Shown piece by piece: positions 25,006-36,610 of a stretch of DNA of 64,000 bases. Source of the DNA: Escherichia coli (GTDB lineage Bacteria > Pseudomonadota > Gammaproteobacteria > Enterobacterales > Enterobacteriaceae). Position 1 is the stretch's first letter; every line of letters begins with the position of its first letter. The notes beneath the pieces were generated by a model that saw only the letters and a program-made list of their open reading frames with translations, was not told where the DNA came from and did no database searches. The DNA is taken from the NCBI RefSeq assembly GCF_044647545.1, contig NZ_CP172818.1, one strand, 5' to 3'. Position numbers and translations under genes: made by a program.

Positions 25006-26097
25006 TCACGCCTCGCCATTATTACGAACCCAGGATTTTAACTGTTCTAAAGTAGGCATTTGTTTAACTTGAGCAGTAATTGGGTCTACATCAGATAAGC
25101 TGAATTGCGCAGCAGCTCCGTTCAGACCATATCCATTGGCAACGCGATCCCAATATTGATTAAAAGCCTGTATAGACGGTTGCAAAAAGCCATCTTTCGC
25201 TTTAACCGCTTTTTCAAAAGCATTTGCCATAGAAAGTGGCATATCGGAGAAATTAACCATTACCATATCCGCAGGGTTAAAAGCGGCATAAGTACGCTGT
25301 TTTGCTCCAGGGACCTCTGTTGCCAGCATATGAACAACATGGGTTGCAATTTCCAGAGCCTGCTCCCTGGAGGCACCACCTAAATTTTCCTGAAGTTGAG
25401 CGAGGTTAATGTTGGCATAACGATAAAAAACACCCGATGAAAATTCCTGAGTTCCCAGATGTGCAGAACCTTGTTCCTGTAAATCATCTACAGCGGTGAA
25501 CCAGTCAATATCAGAATCAACCTGATGAGTAGTGATCGCATGCGCAATGGACATTGCACCATCAACTTTTCCCAACTCACTCATCATGCCGCTGGTTGCC
25601 ATTCTTCCACTAAGCGCAATATCAACACCCTGCTGTAAATTCACACGTATGGCGGCAATATCTTCCTTAAGAACTTTGAGCAGCTTTTTATCATCCAGAT
25701 TATCAGCCTCTGCTTTTGCAACCTGCTCACAGAACCAGGCTATTTCTCCCACAACCCAGGGAGTAACCGCATCGGCAGAAATCTTTTCGGCTTCATCAAC
25801 TAATTTACCGGAGAGCAGCGCTAATGTCTTATCGATGATTTTTTGGTCAAAACGTTCACCAAGTTTTTGCCGAAGAACATCACGTAATTGTGCAAGATGA
25901 ATTGTTCTGAGACTGGATTCACCAATATTTTGTGCGTAATAATCACTTTTACGCATCGCACGTTTAAGGCTTTGACTTGAAATTCTTACTCGTCTTTTCC
26001 CGCCGAAAATAGCGTCTTTCTGCATGTTCATATCGTCGCGGTTCAGACATGAAGGGCTGTGAGAAATCAGAACATGAATATTGATAAAGTTAGACAT
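25006..26097 (-). CDS. casC: Cascade backbone subunit CasC (Cas7e)
   Basis: 363-aa ORF. Confidence 0.95.
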   Translation of the reverse strand: MSNFINIHVLISHSPSCLNRDDMNMQKDAIFGGKRRVRISSQSLKRAMRKSDYYAQNIGESSLRTIHLAQLRDVLRQKLGERFDQKIIDKTLALLSGKLVDEAEKISADAVTPWVVGEIAWFCEQVAKAEADNLDDKKLLKVLKEDIAAIRVNLQQGVDIALSGRMATSGMMSELGKVDGAMSIAHAITTHQVDSDIDWFTAVDDLQEQGSAHLGTQEFSSGVFYRYANINLAQLQENLGGASREQALEIATHVVHMLATEVPGAKQRTYAAFNPADMVMVNFSDMPLSMANAFEKAVKAKDGFLQPSIQAFNQYWDRVANGYGLNGAAAQFSLSDVDPITAQVKQMPTLEQLKSWVRNNGEA

Positions 26098-26109
26098 AGA
26101 AAGGTTTCC

Positions 26110-26592
26110 TTACGCATTTTTGTTTGTGGTCAATACAAAATCTTCCAGAAGTTGCTGGCGTTCGCGCTTTCCCCACCAGGTCAACATCCTGGCCATTAAT
26201 GGCCAGTCAAGTACGGGTTCGGCGTGAGTAAGTAATCGACGTAACTGGACCATATCGGCTGTTCTGTCAGCCCGAATTAATTGAAAGATACGGCGCTCGT
26301 TAATTCTTCCACTATTGGCTAAAGCTCTTCCCAACGAGATACCTGTTGTTTGCTCCGGTTTTTTGTCCTGATGTCGGATGACATTCTTTCCTGCGCTCAG
26401 GCAAAACACCATGCGCAAAAGAGCCTGCTGGTGACGTGGGTTTTCCCAACCAAAAGGTTGCACCAGCCTATAAAACGCAGGGATATCGCGTAATTCATCA
26501 GGTTCTGAAACACGTCTAATTTGCGCACATGCTCCATTATCCAGTTGTTGCCAGGCTCGATATAAAGCCATTGCATCAATTTCATCAGCCAT
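26110..26592 (-). CDS. casB: Cascade small subunit CasB (Cse2)
   Basis: 160-aa ORF. Confidence 0.95.
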   Translation of the reverse strand: MADEIDAMALYRAWQQLDNGACAQIRRVSEPDELRDIPAFYRLVQPFGWENPRHQQALLRMVFCLSAGKNVIRHQDKKPEQTTGISLGRALANSGRINERRIFQLIRADRTADMVQLRRLLTHAEPVLDWPLMARMLTWWGKRERQQLLEDFVLTTNKNA

Positions 26593-28093
26593 TTGATGGC
26601 CCTCCTTGCGGTTTTAACTCCCGTAAATGTTTGTATAGCGTGGCGCGGGCAAGCGCTAATGTGCTTATTAATTTAGGATGATGTGCATAGGGAGCTTCAG
26701 ATTGATTAAATAGCATTTCACACAATTGATGAAGTTTGTCTCGTAAATCAGCTATTACCTCATCAGCTTGGGAAAAATTAATATTCGCCAGTACATCGGG
26801 AATTAATAATTCACTCTGTCGATAGAAATGCCTTTCTGCAGTCTCATGAACAGAGACTCCGGCCCCTTTGAAATCTTTATTTTTAAACCCTTCTGCAAAG
26901 GTATATAACGCCTTGCGTAAGGCTGTTTTATATCCCAAACCAACAGTCACTATTTCGTTTATCACATTGCCGTATTGTTGCCACCCCTGATTAAACATCA
27001 ACACATCATGACGCCGTTCAAGAATAGATGCTTGATTATTACGATATCCCCCCATAATCAATTCAAGAGGACTTTGCGGCGCAATATTTCTGAATTGATT
27101 CACAACCGCCGCCACGCGATTTCCATTTTCATTTTGAATAATCTTATCTACCACAACTCGGCTGATTTGTGTCCATGATGGTGCGGAGGTGGTGAAAGCA
27201 AGAAATTTTTCCTCAACCTCCCCTTTCTTGACTGTTACCAGACAAGGGGAATGCGGATGGGGCCATAGCCCATTAACTGTAAAGGTAAATTTTTCCTTAA
27301 GAAAACCGGTATAACGCAAATTGCTTTCCTGTCCACAGCAAGAACATTTACCAATCCCAATGGGATCGCATAATTCAATATGCGCTGGTTGCCAGAATAA
27401 GCCACGGACAAACCCAATTGACGAAGCTGGCACAGATTCATTGGGTTTGACAGGCTTAACCCAGGTAGGTTGGTTTTCCGTATGTAATTCATTGGGAAAT
27501 TGTTTTTGAAGACGAGGTATTGTGAGGACATTGAGTAATACCGTCGAGCGAAGATCGATCCCACATACGAAGGTGGTTATAGGTGTTCCTCCACGTAAAC
27601 CGCTTTTAAAGCCACCACCAAAACCAGGTGCCTGATTCGCCTGGTTGAATAACGCAATCGCAGTGCATCCACCACATAATGCTTCACCCTGCCCCGGTTG
27701 ATTGACAAATGCACAATTCGTCGCGCCGCTTACCCCAGCCAACAGTTTTTCCATTGGAGTCACATCATTTGCTTTGACACCTTTGGTCTGCATAAAGGGA
27801 TGTTCTGCGTGATTAAGGTAGAACATATCTATCCACGGCGCGATGAGTTGTTGAAACTCATCTTCAGTGAGCGGATTCATTATGCGATGTCGAAATTCAA
27901 CGTCATCTTTTGCCGGGGCGATAATTTGCCCAATGCAAACCAGCAGTGCTAAAGCGGCCAGTTCCATATCGTCACGGGGCAAACTTAATCGCCACTGATC
28001 TCTACTGCAGTATAGCGATTGCAGATTTATGATTTGGACTTCCCCCCCGTTTCGCGGGCGTACAGGGATCCAGTTATCAATAAGCAAATTCAT
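26585..28093 (-). CDS. casA: Cascade large subunit CasA (Cse1)
   Basis: 502-aa ORF; 8-bp overlap with casB. Confidence 0.95.
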   Translation of the reverse strand: MNLLIDNWIPVRPRNGGEVQIINLQSLYCSRDQWRLSLPRDDMELAALALLVCIGQIIAPAKDDVEFRHRIMNPLTEDEFQQLIAPWIDMFYLNHAEHPFMQTKGVKANDVTPMEKLLAGVSGATNCAFVNQPGQGEALCGGCTAIALFNQANQAPGFGGGFKSGLRGGTPITTFVCGIDLRSTVLLNVLTIPRLQKQFPNELHTENQPTWVKPVKPNESVPASSIGFVRGLFWQPAHIELCDPIGIGKCSCCGQESNLRYTGFLKEKFTFTVNGLWPHPHSPCLVTVKKGEVEEKFLAFTTSAPSWTQISRVVVDKIIQNENGNRVAAVVNQFRNIAPQSPLELIMGGYRNNQASILERRHDVLMFNQGWQQYGNVINEIVTVGLGYKTALRKALYTFAEGFKNKDFKGAGVSVHETAERHFYRQSELLIPDVLANINFSQADEVIADLRDKLHQLCEMLFNQSEAPYAHHPKLISTLALARATLYKHLRELKPQGGPSNG

Positions 28094-28507
28094 TTGTTCT
28101 CCTTCATATGCTCCGACATTTCTCCTGCATTTCTATACGTCGGCACACTTCCGTTATCGGTAAAAACAAAGAAAAAATACGGCGTAATTAATTCAATAAT
28201 CACATTCACTGCAAAAATATATTCATTGGTTTAATACAATTAACCTATGCATATATTAAGATGTGTTGAATTGTTTAAAGACAATAATGCATGCATTTCA
28301 AATCTGCAAGTTATTCGTTTTATTATCAAAGAAATTTTTAGTTATAATAATTACCATAAATTTTATTACATAAAATATTCATACTGTGAATATAAAATCT
28401 CATACCGGGAAATTAAAAGAAGATGTACATTGTGCACCTTCCCTACTTAAGTAGGGATAAACCGTTATTGGTCTTGTTATCGTCATTGATACCAATCATT
28501 CCCGAAG
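28094..28507 (-). promoter_or_regulatory. Strongly AT-rich cas3–casA intergenic region; site of the casABCDE12 promoter (Pcas), known in E. coli K-12 to be H-NS-silenced and LeuO-activated
   Basis: AT-rich 414-bp gap read directly; promoter role from established knowledge. Confidence 0.7.
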
Positions 28508-31174
28508 TTATTTGGGATTTGCAGGGATGACTCTGGTCATCCCTTCATCCCGAGTGTAGGTAATAACAATATTATTACCCTGCCAGATCCATCCATCCTG
28601 ATTCTGTTTCCCTTCCAGCCAAAGTACCCCATCTTCATCTACTACTTCAGAAAAATTACGTTTCCAGGTGAAGGGTACATTGACGCGATTAAGTGCTAAC
28701 GCCTCATACTGCTGTTCATGACTTAGGTCCTCGTAGACCTGGCCATCGAGCAGTTGTTTACCTGAAGACGTTTGTAAATAAGGCAATAATGGCAGGCTCA
28801 TTTCCCCATCCCTCGTTACCGCAAGAATTGTTTCATCGTTATCCTGCAAGCTATATTCTTCAGCCCACTGCAGAACCTTGCGAGCCTTGAACCTCTTTTC
28901 ACACTCAGCACTTTCATACTTATCCATGCCTTTGATGACCCATTCTGGCTCATCCATTTCAGCATCATCGTAAATGCTATCCAGCCATTGCCGGTAGGCA
29001 TCAGGGAAAAATAAGGATGCTCCATTAAGTTCCTCAATATGTTGCTGCGTCCGCCACATGACTCTAACGTTGCTATAAATATGCTCATGTCGTCCGTAAC
29101 CTTCGCCATCAGGCAGCAAAACGCTGGCAAGAGGAACCTCAAAACCAGCGGGACGATATTTGCGATGATGGCGATGTAAACGGCCCAATCGTTGGAAAAG
29201 TAAATCTGCGGGGCAATGCTGAGTAATTAACCAATCAAAATCAACGTCGAGTGATTGTTCCACGACCTGGGTGGCGACAAGTATCCGTCCAACATTTCGC
29301 TTCCCATTTTTGCCGAAATTGCTAATAACTCGATTCTCTTTTTCACGACGATCGTTCAGCGTAAAGCGCGCATGAAACAAATCTATATCTACTTGCGTGT
29401 TATTTAGTTCCTTTAACCGTTGGTGGCATAGTTGTGCAACATCAACCAAATTGCAGATAAGACAGACTTGTGCACCCGCATTTGCCGCTACGATCATTCG
29501 CTCTAACATCCTAAGGTCAGGTAACATGTCAGCTAAATAAATAGGTTCTGGCCGAATCGAAAAGCGGGGCGGGAGTTGTTCTGAATGAGCTAACAGATCA
29601 AAACGTTGTGCACCATTCACACCTCGCCAGTTAATGAGTGGATATGCGGAGTTATTTTCCTCTGGATCTGTATGCAGACCATAAGTATCCAGAAGTTTCT
29701 GTTTTTGTTTCATTGGTAGAGTTGCGGAAAGAAGAATAACACTCCCCCCCACATCAGCCTGAGCCTTGAGCACAGCCTCCAGCAAGCCGTTCATATACGT
29801 GTCGTAAGCATGAACTTCATCAACAATTAAAACACTTCGACCAATTCCCAAACCACGGATAAAGCGGTGTTTAACTGGCAATACCGATATCAACACCTGA
29901 TCAATCGTGCAAACGCCGATTTGCCCAAGAAACACTTTCTTATTGCTTTGTGACAACCACTGACAACACTGAACCCATGCTTCTTCTTGCCCCTGCTCAG
30001 TAAATGCGCGTGATTTTATTGATTGAAAAAGGTGGTTAAAACGTGAATTACCATGAGCAAGAATAAGATTTGGGGAGGTAAATAAACGGCTCGCGTTCGC
30101 TTCCATTCTGCTGAGCATTGCATTTGCAGTAGCTTGTGTAGGGAGGGCAAAAATAACACTATCCGCAAGTTGTTGGTCAATAAGTTTCCAGGCATAGGCC
30201 AGCGCTGTTTCGGTTTTACCTGATCCCGTAGGTGCCTCAATCACCGTCAGCCCGGGAGCTGCAGGAAGAGCATCAACTAACACTTGTAATTGTCTGGGTT
30301 GATAGCCATTGTCCAGTAGAGCATGAACACCTTCATAACATCGCTTATTTGATACAAGGCCGCTCAACTCCAATACCCGGCTCGCATCCTGCTGTCGGTC
30401 CTGGAAATACGTTCTTAGAGCATTTATGTTGGAAGGTGCATCCTCTTTAAACAGAAAGGTATTCGTTGTAGTCCAGGAGCCTAACCAGTCAGCAAGCGAG
30501 CAAAAACCTGCTAACAGTGATGAACAATCAGGTGGTATATCGTTTATAGATAACCCGGCTGGCGTTAAAAATAATGCTTCGAGTACAGATATCCACTCCT
30601 CACGAGCCTGTTTATCTTGCGCAGCATAAGATGCCAGAGAAGCTGGCATTTCCCAACGCGACTTATCTTGATCCTGGGAATGTAATATAAAACCATGATG
30701 TCCTGTAACGGCCTCTACCCATGGAAACCAGGACTCATAAGGATGAGGAGCGGCATCAAAAAAACTGAAAAAATCCCCGGGAGATTGCTCTGAAAGTGAA
30801 TCCTGGTTAAACCAATACAGACCGGCTGCACCATGATTAAATTTACGGCACATTTGTGTTGATGGACCATTAAGTGATGGCGTTGCAGGATTTAATTTCA
30901 GCCAACTTTCTGCTGATTTATATTGGAATCGTATATCAAACTTTCCGATATCATGAAGGGCAATGAAAAATAACAGCCAGGCTTTCACCATCTGTTTTGA
31001 TAGCATTTCATTTTGGCAAAAAGCATTTTGTAGTACGACTGATTGTTCCCACCAGCAATCTGCAACAGCTGCAACATCCAGGCAATGATAAATCAACAGA
31101 TGAATATCATTTCCTTTCGTCAGGCTTTTTGAGGATTTCCCCCAGTAATGACATATATATTTAAAAGGTTCCAT
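28508..31174 (-). CDS. cas3: CRISPR-associated nuclease/helicase Cas3 (HD nuclease + SF2 helicase)
   Basis: 888-aa ORF starting MEPFKYICHYWGKSS; helicase motifs APTGSGKTE and DEVH. Confidence 0.96.
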   Translation of the reverse strand: MEPFKYICHYWGKSSKSLTKGNDIHLLIYHCLDVAAVADCWWEQSVVLQNAFCQNEMLSKQMVKAWLLFFIALHDIGKFDIRFQYKSAESWLKLNPATPSLNGPSTQMCRKFNHGAAGLYWFNQDSLSEQSPGDFFSFFDAAPHPYESWFPWVEAVTGHHGFILHSQDQDKSRWEMPASLASYAAQDKQAREEWISVLEALFLTPAGLSINDIPPDCSSLLAGFCSLADWLGSWTTTNTFLFKEDAPSNINALRTYFQDRQQDASRVLELSGLVSNKRCYEGVHALLDNGYQPRQLQVLVDALPAAPGLTVIEAPTGSGKTETALAYAWKLIDQQLADSVIFALPTQATANAMLSRMEANASRLFTSPNLILAHGNSRFNHLFQSIKSRAFTEQGQEEAWVQCCQWLSQSNKKVFLGQIGVCTIDQVLISVLPVKHRFIRGLGIGRSVLIVDEVHAYDTYMNGLLEAVLKAQADVGGSVILLSATLPMKQKQKLLDTYGLHTDPEENNSAYPLINWRGVNGAQRFDLLAHSEQLPPRFSIRPEPIYLADMLPDLRMLERMIVAANAGAQVCLICNLVDVAQLCHQRLKELNNTQVDIDLFHARFTLNDRREKENRVISNFGKNGKRNVGRILVATQVVEQSLDVDFDWLITQHCPADLLFQRLGRLHRHHRKYRPAGFEVPLASVLLPDGEGYGRHEHIYSNVRVMWRTQQHIEELNGASLFFPDAYRQWLDSIYDDAEMDEPEWVIKGMDKYESAECEKRFKARKVLQWAEEYSLQDNDETILAVTRDGEMSLPLLPYLQTSSGKQLLDGQVYEDLSHEQQYEALALNRVNVPFTWKRNFSEVVDEDGVLWLEGKQNQDGWIWQGNNIVITYTRDEGMTRVIPANPK

Positions 31175-31479
31175 TAATAGCCTCCCTGTTTTTTTAGTAT
31201 TATCGATGATATCAGTGGACTATTTTTCGATGCTGCTCATAAATATCGAATTACAGTGATATACACATGTCTTGCCTCCCTGCAAAGAAGAGACTAACAT
31301 CCGAATTGCTTAGGTTCGAACGCTGGCCTCAGGTTGATAGAAATATCGCCTGGGGCTTTTGTCCATCTGGTACCTCGCGAATGCTTAATGCCAGACAGCC
31401 TCAAGCACCCAACGCCATTCTATACCTGTTAATTCTTCCAACGACGTTCACGTTTAAAATCAGGAATGCTGCTCGCAAA

Positions 31480-31516
31480 ATAAAAACGCCCCCATCATTT
31501 CTGACAGAGGCGTTTA
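31480..31516 (-). terminator. Putative terminator after cysH (stem aaacgcc / ggcgttt followed by a T-rich tract on the minus strand)
   Basis: Inverted repeat with a large loop, then TTTTTATTTT on the minus strand. Confidence 0.5.
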
Positions 31517-31532
31517 ATTTATCCGGCAATAT

Positions 31533-32267
31533 TTACCCTTCGTGTAATCCACATTCCCTTTTTAAGCCAAAGAAACGCGTTTCTTCTTCCGCCATGCCGG
31601 GTTCCCATTTACGGGTTGTATGGGTATCGCCCACCGATAAATATCCTTCGTCCCATAATGGGTGATATTTCAGGCCATGTTTTTGCAGGTACTGATATAT
31701 CGTTCGGTTATTCCAGTCGATAATCGGCAGCACTTTAAATACGCCACGCTGAATTGCCAGCACCGGTAAATTGGCGCGGCTGCCGGATTGTTCACGGCGC
31801 AGGCCAGCAAACCACGTTTGCGCATTCAGTTCTTTCAGCGCCCGGTTCATCGGTTCGACTTTGTTGATGTCATTGTACTTTTCAATGCCTTCAACGCCCT
31901 GCTCCCACAGTTTGCCGTAGCGTGCTTCCTGCCAGGCGGCGCTTTCAGTAGCACGGTACACTTTCAGGTTGAGCTTGAGTTTGTCCGTTAACTCGTCAAT
32001 AAAGCGGTAGGTTTCCGGGAACAGATAGCCGGTATCGGTGAGGATCACTGGAATATCCGGGTGAATCTGATTCACCAGATGCAGGCTCACCGCCGCCTGA
32101 ATGCCAAAGCTGGAAGAAAGTACATATTCACCAGGCAGATTATCCAGCGCCCAGGCAACGCGGCCTTCAGCGTCCAGTTTTTCCAGTTCGGCGTTAGTTT
32201 CCGCCAGCGCCAGAATGCGATCTACCTTCGGCAGTTCGTTCAGGGCGTTTAGATCGAGTTTGGACAT
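31533..32267 (-). CDS. cysH: Phosphoadenosine phosphosulfate (PAPS) reductase
   Basis: Start taken at [14 protein letters not shown] (244 aa); C-terminal ECGLH motif. Confidence 0.95.
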   Translation of the reverse strand: MSKLDLNALNELPKVDRILALAETNAELEKLDAEGRVAWALDNLPGEYVLSSSFGIQAAVSLHLVNQIHPDIPVILTDTGYLFPETYRFIDELTDKLKLNLKVYRATESAAWQEARYGKLWEQGVEGIEKYNDINKVEPMNRALKELNAQTWFAGLRREQSGSRANLPVLAIQRGVFKVLPIIDWNNRTIYQYLQKHGLKYHPLWDEGYLSVGDTHTTRKWEPGMAEEETRFFGLKRECGLHEG

Positions 32268-32286
32268 AGATTCCTCACTGTTTGCC

Positions 32287-32328
32287 TTGCCTGATGCGAC
32301 GCTCACGCGTCTTATTAGGCCTACAAGA
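32287..32328. repeat. REP (repetitive extragenic palindromic) element between cysI and cysH
   Basis: gcctgatgcgacgctcacgcgtcttattaggcctacaag matches the REP pattern. Confidence 0.7.
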
Positions 32329-32340
32329 CCGGGCTGATGG

Positions 32341-34053
32341 TTAATCCCATAAATCGCGCGCCGGATCGAGCACCGGGCGAATGATGCCCGCACGCACCGT
32401 AAAGTCGCCGAAGCCTTCACCCGCTTCGCGCTCTTTCGCCCAGCGCCCTATCAGTTCATCAAGCGACGCCAGGATTTCCGGCTCGGTGATGTTTTCTTTA
32501 TACATCCGTGGGATACGTGTCCCAATGCGGTTGCCGCCAAGATGCAGGTTGTAGCGACCCGGCGCTTTCCCCACCAGGCCCACTTCCGCCAGCATCGCGC
32601 GACCACAACCGTTCGGGCAGCCTGTTACACGCATCACGATATGCTCATCGCTGACACCATGTTTCGCCATTAAATTATCGATGTTGTCGATAAAAGACGG
32701 CAGGAAACGCTCCGCTTCCGCCATCGCCAGCGGGCAAGTCGGGAATGACACGCAGGCCATTGAGTTTTCACGCTGCGGCGTGACGGCATTCATTAACCCG
32801 CTTTCTTTGGCGATCTTCTCGATCTTCGCTTTCTCGCTTTCCGGCACGCCGGCGATGATCAGATTCTGGTTCGCCGTAATGCGGAAATCACCTTTGTGGA
32901 TCTTCGCGATCTCCAGCAGGCCAGTTTTCAGCGGACGCCCCGGATAATCAAGGATGCGACCATTTTCGATAAATAGCGTCAGGTGCCAGTTATCATCAAT
33001 GCCCTTAACCCAACCAATACGATCGCCGCGTCCGGTGAACTCATACGGACGGATCGGTTCAAATTTGATCCCCGCGCGACGCTCCACTTCCGCTTTAAAC
33101 GTCTCAACCCCCACGCGCTCCAGCGTGTATTTGGTTTTGGCATTTTTACGATCGGTTCGGTTACCCCAGTCACGCTGAGTTGTCACGACGGCTTCCGCCA
33201 CCGCCAGCGTATGCTCCAGCGGCAGATAGCCAAACTCACTCGCCGTGCGGGCGTAGGTTTTCTTGTTGCCGTGTTCGATAGAAAGCCCACCCCCCACCAG
33301 CAGGTTAAAGCCCACCAGCTTGCCGTTTTCGGCGATTGCCACGAAGTTCATGTCGTTGGCATGCAGATCGATATCGTTCTGCGGCGGGATCACTACCGTG
33401 GTTTTGAATTTACGCGGCAAATAAGTCTGACCGAGGATCGGTTCTTCATCGGTGGTGGCGACTTTTTCCTGATCGAGCCAGATCTCCGCATACGCGCGGG
33501 TACGCGGCAGCAGATGTTCAGATATTTTCTTAGCCCATTCATAGGCTTCCGCGTGCAGCTGCGACTCGTAAGGGTTCGAGGTGCAGAGTACGTTACGGTT
33601 CATGTCGTTAGCAGTCGCCAGCGCATCAAGACCGACCGAGTGCAGCATCTGGTGCACCGGTTTGACGTTCTTTTTCAGAATGCCGTGGAACTGAAACGTC
33701 TGGCGGTTGGTCAGGCGAATGCTGCCATAGATGGTGTTTTCACCGGCAAATTTATCGATCGCCTGCCACTGTTTGGTGGTAATCACCCCACCCGGCAGAC
33801 GACAGCGCAACAGCATCGCGTGGCGCGGCTCCAGCTTCTGTTCAGCACGTTCGGCGCGGATGTCGCGGTCATCCTGCTGATACATGCCGTGGAAGCGGAT
33901 CAGCAGGAAGTTGTCGCCCTTAAAGCCGCCGGTCAGACCGTCGTTTAAATCTTCCGCAATGGTGCCGCGCAGGTAGTTGCTTTCAAGCTTCATGCGCTCG
34001 GCGTCTGTCAGTTTTCCTTCGACCACTAAAGGCCCTGGATGTTTTTCGCTCAT
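32341..34053 (-). CDS. cysI: Sulfite reductase (NADPH) hemoprotein beta subunit
   Basis: 570-aa ORF; siroheme/Fe-S Cys cluster ([17 protein letters not shown]). Confidence 0.96.
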   Translation of the reverse strand: MSEKHPGPLVVEGKLTDAERMKLESNYLRGTIAEDLNDGLTGGFKGDNFLLIRFHGMYQQDDRDIRAERAEQKLEPRHAMLLRCRLPGGVITTKQWQAIDKFAGENTIYGSIRLTNRQTFQFHGILKKNVKPVHQMLHSVGLDALATANDMNRNVLCTSNPYESQLHAEAYEWAKKISEHLLPRTRAYAEIWLDQEKVATTDEEPILGQTYLPRKFKTTVVIPPQNDIDLHANDMNFVAIAENGKLVGFNLLVGGGLSIEHGNKKTYARTASEFGYLPLEHTLAVAEAVVTTQRDWGNRTDRKNAKTKYTLERVGVETFKAEVERRAGIKFEPIRPYEFTGRGDRIGWVKGIDDNWHLTLFIENGRILDYPGRPLKTGLLEIAKIHKGDFRITANQNLIIAGVPESEKAKIEKIAKESGLMNAVTPQRENSMACVSFPTCPLAMAEAERFLPSFIDNIDNLMAKHGVSDEHIVMRVTGCPNGCGRAMLAEVGLVGKAPGRYNLHLGGNRIGTRIPRMYKENITEPEILASLDELIGRWAKEREAGEGFGDFTVRAGIIRPVLDPARDLWD

Positions 34054-35852
34054 TAGTAGACATCTCGCTGATAACGGCGCTCTACGCGCAGCTCACTTAA
34101 AAATTCATCCGCCGCTTCGGTGTCCATGCCACCAAATTCGGCAATCACTTCCAGAAGTGCCTGTTCAACGTCTTTCGCCATGCGATTAGCGTCGCCGCAG
34201 ACATAAATGTGGGCACCGTCATTGATCCAGCGCCACAGCTCTGCGCCCTGTTCGCGCAGTTTGTCTTGTACATAAACTTTTTCTTTTTGGTCGCGCGACC
34301 AGGCAAGATCGATACGCGTCAGCACGCCCTCTTTGACGTAGCGCTGCCATTCCACCTGGTAGAGGAAATCTTCCGTAAAGTGCGGGTTGCCAAAGAACAA
34401 CCAGTTTTTCCCCGGCGCTTCGTCGGCGGCGCGTTGCTGCATAAAGGCGCGGAACGGCGCGATGCCGGTGCCTGGGCCAATCATAATGACCGGCGTTTCC
34501 GGGTTCGCCGGCAGACGGAAGTTGTCGTTGTGCTCGATAAAGACGCGAACTTCGCCCTCCTCTTCGACACGGTCAGCCAGGAAGCTGGATGCACCGCCCG
34601 CGCGAGCACGGCCTTCGATGTCATAACGCACCACACCCACGGTCACGTGGACTTCGCTTTCCACTTCCGCCTGCGAAGAGGCGATAGAGTAAAGACGCGG
34701 CGTCAGTGGACGTAACAGGCCAACCAGCGCTTCTGCATCCAGCTGTGCTGGCGCGAAACGCACCATATCAACAATCGGCGTGGTGGCCGCATAGTGCTGC
34801 AACTTCGCTTTATCGCCCACTAACGGCAGCAAGGATTCGCTGCGCGTCAAGGTGGCGTAATTCTCAACGATGTTGGCCGTGTTGACGGTCAGTTCAAAAT
34901 GCCACTGTAGCGCCTCATTCAGCGGCAGGGTTTTGCCCTCAACGGTGACAGGTTCATCACCTTTCAGCCACAGCAGTTCGACAAGTTCTTTCACCAGTGC
35001 CGGATCGTTCTGATACCAGACGCCCAGCGCGTCACCCGGCTGGTAACGCAGGCCCGAGTCACCTAAGTCAATTTCGATATGGCGAACGTCTTTTTCAGAG
35101 TTACGCCCGGTAATTTTCTGGTTAACAGAGAGGCTCGCCACCAGCGGCGCGTCTTTGCTGTACGGGCTGGTGTGGATTTCATTTACCGCGCCAGTAGCGA
35201 CGGATTGCGAAGGTGCCGCGACAGGCGCACGCGATTTAAGCGCATCAACCACGCGGGCGCGCCACTCGCTGGCAGCGGCCTGATATTCAACGTCGGCATC
35301 GACACGGTCGAGCAGGCGTTCACCGCCCTGTTCCGCCAGCTTGCTGTCAAAATCTTTCCCGGACTGGCAGAAAAATTCATAAGAGCTATCGCCGAGGCTA
35401 AACACGGCAAATGCGGTGTTTTCCAGCTTCGGCGCTTTTTTGGAGAACAGGAACTTATGCAGCGCGACGGCTTCTTCCGGCGGTTCCCCTTCCCCTTGCG
35501 TTGACGTCACCACGATGAGCAGTTTTTCGCTGGCGATTTGTTTGAATTTATAGTCGCCCGCGTTCACCAGCTTAACGTTCAGTTTTGCCGCCAATAAATC
35601 ATCGCGTAATGCTTCAGCAACCCGGCGCGCATTGCCGGTTTGCGAGGCGGAGATAATAGTTATACCCGGCATTTCTGCGGCGGGCGCTGGCGTCGCTGCA
35701 AGCGCAGCAGGCTGCTGGTTGAGCACGCCCCAGAAATAGCCAGAAACCCAGGCAAGCTGGGTAGGAGTTAAATCGGTCGTGGCCGCCTGAAGGCGTGCCA
35801 GTTGCTCCGGGTTCAACGGAAGCAACGCGGAAGGTGGGACCTGTGTCGTCAT
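34053..35852 (-). CDS. cysJ: Sulfite reductase (NADPH) flavoprotein alpha subunit
   Basis: 599-aa ORF; flavodoxin and FNR-like domains; 1-bp overlap with cysI. Confidence 0.96.
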   Translation of the reverse strand: MTTQVPPSALLPLNPEQLARLQAATTDLTPTQLAWVSGYFWGVLNQQPAALAATPAPAAEMPGITIISASQTGNARRVAEALRDDLLAAKLNVKLVNAGDYKFKQIASEKLLIVVTSTQGEGEPPEEAVALHKFLFSKKAPKLENTAFAVFSLGDSSYEFFCQSGKDFDSKLAEQGGERLLDRVDADVEYQAAASEWRARVVDALKSRAPVAAPSQSVATGAVNEIHTSPYSKDAPLVASLSVNQKITGRNSEKDVRHIEIDLGDSGLRYQPGDALGVWYQNDPALVKELVELLWLKGDEPVTVEGKTLPLNEALQWHFELTVNTANIVENYATLTRSESLLPLVGDKAKLQHYAATTPIVDMVRFAPAQLDAEALVGLLRPLTPRLYSIASSQAEVESEVHVTVGVVRYDIEGRARAGGASSFLADRVEEEGEVRVFIEHNDNFRLPANPETPVIMIGPGTGIAPFRAFMQQRAADEAPGKNWLFFGNPHFTEDFLYQVEWQRYVKEGVLTRIDLAWSRDQKEKVYVQDKLREQGAELWRWINDGAHIYVCGDANRMAKDVEQALLEVIAEFGGMDTEAADEFLSELRVERRYQRDVY

Positions 35853-36167
35853 GCGTCGTTATGTTCCAGTAAGCAAAGCTGTTTCTGCGCCCTGTCAGCG
35901 CCCATAAAACAGAAGAGAAGGTAAGGTTAACGGGGTGAACGGTGTGGATTAAAGACGGGATAGCGATAACTAATAACCAAATCGACTAACCTGTTTTAGC
36001 AATAGTCTTTAACAACAAAATAGATTAACCAACCCAATGAAAAACAAATGAATATTGCCCATCAATAAGATAAATCAGCGATTTTGCGCAACAAAGTCGT
36101 TTTAGATAATGCGAAAAAACAGCCTTTCCGGTACTCTACGGCGGTTTTATCGTCATGTAGAGAAATT

Positions 36168-36533
36168 ATGATGTCCACCACGTTATTTAAAGATTTCACC
36201 TTCGAAGCCGCTCACCGCTTGCCGCACGTCCCACAAGGGCATAAATGTGGTCGCCTGCACGGGCATTCCTTTATGGTGCGACTGGAAATTACCGGGGAAG
36301 TCGATCCGCATACGGGCTGGATTATCGATTTCGCTGAACTGAAAGCGGCGTTTAAGCCAACCTACGAGCGCCTCGATCACCATTATCTCAATGATATTCC
36401 AGGTCTGGAAAACCCAACCAGCGAGGTTTTAGCAAAATGGATTTGGGATCAGGTTAAACCGGTTGTTCCGCTGTTAAGTGCGGTTATGGTGAAAGAAACC
36501 TGCACCGCAGGTTGCATCTATCGCGGCGAATGA
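36168..36533 (+). CDS. queD: 6-carboxy-5,6,7,8-tetrahydropterin synthase
   Basis: Start taken at [22 protein letters not shown] (121 aa). Confidence 0.92.
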   Translation: MMSTTLFKDFTFEAAHRLPHVPQGHKCGRLHGHSFMVRLEITGEVDPHTGWIIDFAELKAAFKPTYERLDHHYLNDIPGLENPTSEVLAKWIWDQVKPVVPLLSAVMVKETCTAGCIYRGE

Positions 36534-36610
36534 TAAGAGTGTGTCGGCGGTCAATTTCCCTTAAGTAACGCTATGTTAGGGTGTTGTGTTCTGGATATTT
36601 GGGGCATGAC

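Noticed and set aside
31175-31532. Possible hok/sok-type small toxin or sRNA relic in the cas3–cysH gap
   Set aside because: No Hok-like peptide (hydrophobic Cys-containing ~50-aa ORF) was found on either strand; the only supported element is the cysJIH terminator hairpin
32983-33948. 321-aa plus-strand ORF overlapping cysI
   Set aside because: Antisense to cysI; low-complexity Arg-rich translation
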